DNA from: Octopus vulgaris
Taxonomy: Eukaryota
Direction of reading: 5' to 3'
Length of the DNA: 64,000 nucleotides
Assembly (NCBI GenBank): GCA_951406725.2
Contig: OX597817.1
Coordinates: forward strand, 21,018,001 to 21,082,000
Shown piece after piece: positions 55,571 through 64,000 of the stretch. The position numbers and the translations under genes are program-made. How positions within the stretch are numbered: position 1 is the stretch's first letter; each line of letters starts with the position of its first letter. Under the pieces are notes generated by a model that worked only from the letters and a program-made list of their open reading frames with translations, was not told the origin of the DNA and searched no databases.

Positions 55571-56651
55571 TACGAAGTGATATCAAAAGTACCGGTCTAG
55601 TTCAGTAGAGTACCTATTTCTTTATTACCCACAAGGGGCTAAAAATAGAGGGGACAAACAAGGACAGGCATAGGTATTAAGTCGATTACATCGACCCCAG
55701 TGCGTAATTGGTACTTAATTTATCGACCTCGAAAGGATGAAAGGCAAAGTCGACTCGACGGAATTTGAACTCAGAACGTAACAGCAGACGAAATACGGCT
55801 ACGCTAACGATTCTGCCAGCTCGCCACCTTAGTTCAGTAGAGTACCAGCAAATGGTAGCACACGGTTGCATGCGCAATGATAGCTAGCTGTGACCTTGAT
55901 GAAGTTGTGTGCCGAGTGACATCGCAGTGTTTACTTTGCAAGTTATGAAATTTGTGTTTATGTTATCAAGTATATACTGTAGTTTGTGAATTTGTATGAG
56001 CAGAAACAAAGCACCAACAGGAAATTTTACGTCAAACTTGAGAATTTGAGTTTGAGAGTGCTTCAACAAACTTACAGTGATGAGACAATTGGTTGTCTGA
56101 AATGCATCAAATGACACGGGCACCTGAAAAGCGGAAGAAACTCCCCGGGAGACTATGTACAATCTAGAAGAGCTGCCACTAGCATAGCCCCTAAAAATAC
56201 TGTATTGTGCATCGTGAATTTAACACCGAGTGCCAGGACGTTAGTTGAGAGTTCTACTTTCAGGTTTCCTAACCGTTTGAACGAGGACATCTGGCAAATG
56301 TGTCCTAATTTGCGAAGCGCAAAGAAAATGATTCTGCACGACGACCATGTAACCTGTCACCGAACTCTCTTCGCTCGTAAGTTTCTCGCCAAGAACAACA
56401 TGATATCGCTTCTGCAAACACCTTTACGCCTGATTTAGCACTTGTGGACTTCCTATCTTCCACAGGATGAAAACACAGCCAAACTTCGTGGTCAAAATCC
56501 AGAGCGTACGGCCGAAGATCCACGATTCACTTACAAAAACTGATTTCCAGGTCGACAGGGATGCTAGCACTGGTGTAGTGCTGTGCAAGATAATTTTCTC
56601 TAAGTAGTTGATGTTAGAATTTGTCCGTGAATCTTGATATAACATCGAGTA
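55571..56651 (+). mobile_element. Mariner transposon remnant, interrupted by a SINE
   Basis: ILHDDHVTCHRTLFARKFLAKNNM...PDLAL (cf. HHDNAPAH...YSPDLAP); decayed TA-flanked inverted ends tacgaagtgatatcaaaag / cttgatataacatcgagta. Confidence 0.8.
55615..55829 (-). mobile_element. SINE family 2 with a perfect 17-bp target-site duplication
   Basis: TSD tagttcagtagagtacc at 55598-55614 and 55830-55846; box B gagttcaaattcc; core gtcgactttgcctttcatcctttcgaggtcgataaa. Confidence 0.93.
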
Positions 56652-57121
56652 AATAAATAACAGTATAATATAAACAGAGTATAATAATCGAGTTCTTTGT
56701 TTTCAAGATATAACAGTTATTTACCTTTATCTGCCACAAAGGAAAAGGAGGGGATCTGACCTTTTTCTGAATGAGGAGCCATAGCCATGGCGATTGGAAT
56801 TTAAATGTTACAAGTCACATCCTGTATCTTATTGCTGTTAACCTATGCTGCTGTTCTTGAAATAGACAGAATATCAACAACAAACAAAATCTAGAAATAT
56901 TTGGATATTACATATCCCATCTCAAAATATAGTCATCGAGGTAGCGCTGATGCGTAGAGACATGATTCATAAATATGAGTTGCAAAAAAGACTAAAAGAG
57001 AGCAAGGCATATACATGTAGGTAAATAGCTAGCTAGAGAGCTAAACAGTTGATGGATGCATACATCCATAAACATACGCATACACACAAACACGTGCACA
57101 CACACTGAACACACCCACACA

Positions 57122-57154
<33 letters not shown>

Positions 57155-57223
57155 CACATACCTATACATATATAGATGTATGTATAGATATGTATATATG
57201 TATGTATATCTATCTATCTATCT

Positions 57224-57273
<50 letters not shown>

Positions 57274-58479
57274 CGCACACATTTATAAGTATATATATTT
57301 ATATAAATTCATAAAGAACGAGTGACAGACAGGCAGATTCAGAGCAATATAGTGACTAGAAATATATGTTAATAATTAATCTATATTTCAGAGTTTATAA
57401 GAGAAATACGTTAATATCTTCCAGGGTTGTGAACATGAATATATAGTAATATTTTGCGCGGTTATGGATTGCTATTCGCATTTGAATATCAAATGTATAC
57501 ATAACGTTAGTGCTCTGTTATGTCATTTGAAAGCACCACACTAAATCACTGGTGATGTAACTTTGTAGAATATATTCCGAATGAAATACCTTTGGTATAT
57601 ACTTAATTGAAAATGTTCTGACACCTAAATTCTAAGTACCCTACTTCATTTCGTTCTTATATGTTTGCGGAGCTAAATCAAATATTCTCTATGGATTGTA
57701 TAATTTCAACTAGTATCTATTGATATGAACATATATACTTACATATGCATGAATGTGTCTGCCTGCCTCTATGTATTATTTATATAATCATGTATATAAG
57801 TATAAATGTATGTGTATATACATAAACATGTATATGTATATACACATACATTTATACATACATGTATGCATGCATTGTATAGCTACGCTGAACTATTAAG
57901 AAATCTGCAGTTTCTCATTCCAGGCTTATACCTGTAAGTATTGGCGCCTTGGGATATGTAACACACTGCTAAATATCAATCTTAAGATATAGGCTTCTCA
58001 AAACCAGAAGAAGAAAGCTAATTCGAAGACTACAGATCAAATCCATCACTGGAATTGTAAAAGTTTGTAAAACTTTCTGGGAGTCTATCATTTAAATATA
58101 TATAAGCATTTCTAGATATGCAACTATATGCCATTTCTCTATTGGCAAGAAATCTTGAAATAAAACTGAACAATGACGTATATATATATATATACATACA
58201 TATATATGAGCAAAACGCCCCCGTCCAATGGACGGTGCTACGTTGTCAAACATTTAAACCAAATTTTCTCAAAACAACTTGTCCGACAGTCCTATAGGCC
58301 TTCCCTTTGAGAAACACTGATTTAACCTACATTTGAGACACCAGCAAAAGAAGACATAAAGATAGACTTTTTACTATTCCAAAGAAAAACGATATTATTC
58401 ACACAAATATGTAACCGAATAGTTTAAACTACTAGTAATGACAAGGCTGTTGACTGGGAGAACAGAAACATGGTTTAAA

Positions 58480-58660
58480 CAGTAAGCTTGGCAGGAAAGA
58501 AACGTGCCTTTGAGCAGTACAAAATCAACAAAAAATGCAACGTGCAGTTACGTACAGGTTCACGGATGAAAAGCAGGACAAAAACCGCTTTATCGATCGC
58601 ATTTTAACCTGCAATCGATTTTTGTCATTATTTCAAGATTTATACACGCCCTGATACCAT
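58480..58660 (+). mobile_element. Possible old mariner transposase remnant
   Basis: KNRFIDRILTCNRFLSL resembles F..RI.T.DE.W..Y. Confidence 0.4.
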
Positions 58661-58859
58661 CGGTATGTACATATCTAATTTGAGCGCAATAGGATGGAGG
58701 ATGCCCGAGATCCGAGAAGACACACACACACAGACAGCCAGAACGATTGGTTCGAGTAAAGATGGTGAAAAAATAAAGGAAGAATAAAGGAGTATATATA
58801 CAATTTTATTTTCTATAATAGATCGCTAGCAACTAAAACTTTTTATCTCATCTCCCTGG

Positions 58860-58975
58860 TTGTTTGCGCGTTCCTATCTATTGAAGAGCTTAGGCTCGAA
58901 ACATAAAAGAGTTCCACACTTCCCGAGAATTAAAGTAATAATTCTGTTTTGTGCTTTCACACCTGTCTGAACATG
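58860..58975 (+). mobile_element. PLE pseudo-LTR-like fragment with a decayed HHR motif (58878-58910)
   Basis: cuauuga A GAGC uuag GCUC GAAA CA UA; related to the 23563-23860 element. Confidence 0.5.
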
Positions 58976-59117
58976 TATATATGTATATATTTATATACTA
59001 TATATATATATATGTAAATATTTATATAGATATTTGTATATATATATTATTTTTAATATATATCATGTTATGGATATATATATATATATATGTGTATTAC
59101 ATTATATGCATATTATG

Positions 59118-59174
<57 letters not shown>

Positions 59175-59176
59175 TT

Positions 59177-59265
59177 AAGTCCTGGGGTCGTTTTGCTCGA
59201 CTAAAGGCGGTACTCCAGCATTGTCGCAGTCAAATGACTGAAACAAGTGAAAGTATAATGAGTAA
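59177..59265 (+). mobile_element. Isolated 3' tail of SINE family 1 within (TA)n
   Basis: aagtcctggggtcg...aaggcggtactccagcattgtcgcagtcaaatgactgaaacaagt. Confidence 0.85.
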
Positions 59266-59267
59266 AG

Positions 59268-59342
<75 letters not shown>

Positions 59343-59611
59343 TATATATATATAAATAAATAAATGTAGTTTAAGTGGAATTTTCGAAACATGTGTCGAA
59401 ACTAAAAATATTTGATTTACACCTGCGTTAAACTCCATTTATTTATTCATATATTATTCAAAATATATTCAACGTAAACACGAAGTTTCTACCTTTATAA
59501 ACCAGGAGTTACAACATCTTTACTTGTGAGATTTTTTCTACCCTGGTAAATATTTATTTATTTTTTCCGTGTTAATTGTTAACAAGGTAAAAATACACTC
59601 ATCTATTTATA

Positions 59612-59644
<33 letters not shown>

Positions 59645-59687
59645 TATGTATTATATATTATATATATTATATGTATATATATATATA

Positions 59688-59755
<68 letters not shown>

Positions 59756-59774
59756 TTATATTTTTGTACCTTCT

Positions 59775-60270
59775 GTTTGCCATCTGGGACACTCGATAGG
59801 TAGAGGATAAGTTTTGATTTGAAAACACCTATATCAACTTTGTATTTTTTTCTTATGCTCTTTGCTAATATATTAAAAAGCTGTGGGCTCCTGAAACCTA
59901 GACTGTTGTAGTAACCAGTTCTGAACCTGAAGTGCAATGGCATTGCTGGGATTTTGGACAGTGTTCAATGTCGACCATTTCTCGGATTGGTGTAACTTTT
60001 AATGCCCAAAATTAGCACTGTCCCGTAAAGCTTCTTCTGTATGCATGTCACTGAATACCTCTCTCGCATTCGCTCCAGGGTGTAGAGTCTTAGCTGTTTC
60101 AGCCTTTCCCAATAGTTGAGTTATTGCTATGAGACGATCATCATTGTGACGCTTCGATAGATTGCTTCAGATTCAGCTGTTGATTTTACACTGTTGGGTG
60201 ACCAAAGTTGGGAGCAGTAATCCTGGCGGCTGAGGACATAGTCCTCCAGAAGACCAACATGGTTCCATTT
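59775..60270 (-). mobile_element. CR1 LINE 3' fragment
   Basis: DYCSQLWSP, YWERLKQLRLYTLERMRERY, NSLGFRSPQLFNILAKSIR...VFKSKL. Confidence 0.88.
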
Positions 60271-60489
60271 TCTATGGTTCTGAATGCACTCAGGATCCAT
60301 CCAGCCATTCGGCTGCACCTTGTTGCAATGCTGGTAATGAGCACTCATATATATGTATGTATATGTAAATATATGTATAACACTGAAGCAAAGTAACACC
60401 AGATATACAGTGCGTGTGTTTTGATTGGCTAAATATAATAATATCTGTTTCAACACACGACTTCACATAAAACATTTTGAACAACAAAA

Positions 60490-60672
60490 TATATAAACGT
60501 ATATATATATATATTATAAATATTTTCATATATATACACATATGTTATATATATTATGTACATTATTTATATTTATATTATATATATATATATATTATAT
60601 GTATATTATATAATATATATATATATTATATATATATATATTCTATAATATATATATTTTATATATGGTATT

Positions 60673-60732
<60 letters not shown>

Positions 60733-60874
60733 GTATATATATATGTATATATATATATATATATATACATATGCATATTTATGCATCTAGATATATATTT
60801 ACACACACACATACACTCACACACACAAACACACATACACTCACACGCACGCACACGCACACACACCCACACCC

Positions 60875-60925
<51 letters not shown>

Positions 60926-60942
60926 CACACATATATATATAT
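60490..60942. repeat. Degenerate (TA)n and (CA)n tract
   Basis: Directly visible. Confidence 0.95.
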
Positions 60943-62996
60943 ACGCTTATCGTGTATATAAATTTATGTGCATTCACATAGAAGACTAATATAAATACAT
61001 AGGTCTCGAAGAAAAGTACATTCAGTCTCTTAGACTATACTACTACATACCTAGCACATAATAAAGCTGTACAAATTAATATATTCAAACTGATTCCCTT
61101 TGTAGCATGATTTACATCGTAATCAATTCTACAAAGAAGTCACATTTATGTTATAACAAATTTCTGCGTTGCCTTGTTTATCTTCTCGACACTAGTATAC
61201 ATTGCAACCTGTAGAAATTCAAATGATCTGCAACCTCTCATCATATATATCCTTCCATAATTGGAAGACATTTTGACTTCAAAATGGCGAATGAAATCGG
61301 AAGCAATATTTTCTGTGTAATTGCACTCCTTATAACAGTCTTATTACCTATAATCTCTATTAGAAATAAATGTATCTGAAGATGTCTCCTTGCTGTGAAC
61401 ATATTTTTTTTTATTAGTACTTTATTTCGCTCTTCGTATGTATAACATGTAACTTATATATCGCATGGCATGTTGATTAGTGCTACAATGCGTACTTAAC
61501 AGCCAATTAGGTTGCTAAAAATGTCCAGTCCACGAAAAAGTATTTTACAATCTTTATTTACGTGCATAAATATTTCCAGCACAGAGCTTCTGAATTTTTT
61601 ACTCTAAATTCTCAATCAATTTAGAGAATGTGATTTAATAGGTTGCTAAAAAATTCCTGGTATTCGATTATGAGTAGCACTATTATAGTTGTCCGCATTT
61701 AGTATGTATTATTAGATGATCTGTTCAGCCAGAGTATGATACAGTAGATGACCCATTTCATAAATGTTTCATTTCTTTAAAATGTAAGCTATTTTTATCG
61801 AGTCTATGCTGCGATGTAGAGCATATCTATCTGCAGAAAAATATACTGTAACAGATGTGGGTATCCGTAGCATTTACGTAACGTAAAGGGAAATATTGTG
61901 GAGGAATTATTGCGCTTAATGTTATACACTGTGCATAATATGAAACGGAGTGGGATAGGAGTATTAACAATCAATATTTCTATGGAATAAGGATAATCGG
62001 AGATTCGTTATAACAGAAAGCAGAGTGGCAAAAGAGCTCCGCTCTAGTTTCTTGCTCATCAAATGGGAAGGAAAAAAATTAAGAGATGATTTAGGGATGC
62101 TGATATGTAATAACAATATATATGAGCGATCTAAGAAGAGGCTGATCCCCAAAATGGGAAATTAATGGCAGTTTTGTGGTCCGCTTAGATAGCATATAAC
62201 CAAGGCGGGCGATATCAAATGCGCCGTTTATCTTACAAGCAACGCCACCATTTTCAGCTGTCATTTTCAAAATATCACTGTTGCCCAAGATGCAGAGAAA
62301 GCAATGGATGCAGTCAAATTCATGTATTTCATATTTTATTTCTACATTTCAATTATTTCACATATAAATGCAGGCGCTCAGGTCTAATTTATATTACGTA
62401 GATTTAGGGCATTTTTTCACCTAGCATATTAGATCACATCTTTAATCCGGTATACTCCTCCTCCTTGAGAGGAACATGAATTAGTTCTTCGCAGAATAAA
62501 ACATTATGACTAGAAACAAATCGTAATACCTGCAGTAGATTTAAACTTACATTTCTGAATATTTAAATCAATATTTCAATGCTACATCTATATTGATTGT
62601 CTATCATGTTGCTTAGTTCATTGAAAAAGACGCTTAAAATTAATATATCTGCAAGGCACAGACAGTGTCACGGTTTCTTGTAACTGAACATCCATTCTCT
62701 GTTTGAAAAATGAGTCCAAACATACTCATTACAAATAGCATGTTATTAAATACTTAGTATAGTTTAGAAATGTGTATGTATTATGTGTGAAAACTTTCGA
62801 GGTTTTAAAATTACACACGCGTACACGCTTCATATTAAATTGACGTTTTTATTAATCAAAGAGACAGCCTCTAGTAGTGGTGCACTACCAGACACAGCGG
62901 ATGAGTATGCATCACATTTCTTTCTATCCTAGAGAAGTGGAAACTGAAAAAACAAACCAAAAACGGATTTCATTAGTTAGATGGCATACGTGTGTA

Positions 62997-63050
<54 letters not shown>

Positions 63051-64000
63051 AGAGAGAGAGAGTAAACGATGCGCTCAAAACACCCAGGCATCTCTAAACA
63101 TACACAATTAGAACAACACACACTGCTTGGGTAGATCATATTTTTATAATAGAAATATCTACACGAGTAAACGTTTCCAATCTATTCAATAATACAATAT
63201 ATATCACTTATTGTCTCTAACGTATGGAAATATATCCACAGTCCACACGTCCCCTATGTACGAAGGCTTTAAATTGGCTTTATGAAATAATTATGATTGT
63301 TTACAGCATCACCTATTTGTTATATATTTAATACAAATACATTAAGAAATGTATATGCTTATTATAGTATAGACATAATTATAATATCGACACGCAAATT
63401 AACCTAATTACATTGCATTAAAAATATGACCTTACGTGGTCGATATATCCGTGGACTACTTACCCCATAGAAGTATAAGGCAATGATATAAACACAGCGC
63501 ATAACAACTGCACGGGATTAAAAGGAGTATTTTGATACAATGTTTCGCGTTACCTTTGTAACTATTATCACCCTAAACTACCTCTCTTGAATGAGGGTTG
63601 CGTGTAACCTCTCATTTGCATTTGACACATTTGAAGAGATAGACAGTCACTTCTATAAACTTAGTCTACGTTATTTATAACTAAAGACAAAGCCAAATTA
63701 CAGAAGTAGAATTGCTAGGACCTGTAAATTTTCCCAAGTAATGTATGTGTAACATTTCCCTCAAACAAGAAATCGTTTGTTATGCATGGACATCTTCTAG
63801 AAGCATGAACGTATTTGTTAAGCTTCAATATCTACCTGTTTTAACCTTCACTGTTTCATTTGCTCAAGATTACCTACTCTTATTTTAAGAAACTAAATTC
63901 TTGATATGCTTTTGAAACCTTAAATGATTTCGATTAAATGAAATCATTTCTTACTATAGGCACAAGGCCTGAAATTACAGGGAGGGGGATAAACGATTGC

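Noticed and set aside
61279-61305. YY1-like caaaatggcg and ETS-like cggaag motifs as a promoter
   Set aside because: Short motifs expected by chance; no downstream exon evidence

Overview
AT-rich, microsatellite-saturated eukaryotic DNA. Its SINE families and (TA)n/(TAA)n density suggest an Octopus genome (inference). No host protein-coding exon can be firmly supported; nearly all ORF-track entries are translated microsatellites. The window is an intronic or intergenic mosaic of retroelement debris: two tRNA-derived SINE families, CR1 LINE fragments, R4/Dong-type RLE retrotransposons in (TAA)n, RTE and Gypsy remnants, and Penelope-like elements (PLEs). It also holds several Tc1/mariner/pogo DNA transposon remnants. 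The most striking signal is a series of microsatellite-embedded, PLE-related elements carrying minimal hammerhead ribozyme (HHR) motifs. Three have the compensatory U3-A8 core (6938-6975, 27747-27780, 49114-49192), each paired with a perfect inverted repeat. They range from a copy with an uninterrupted GIY-YIG endonuclease frame down to a 215-bp perfect palindrome with an HHR motif on both strands. Two related ~0.5-kb '1.2-1.3-mer' direct-repeat elements suggest pseudo-LTR or circular-template retroposition. A candidate 11-nt microexon was also seen.
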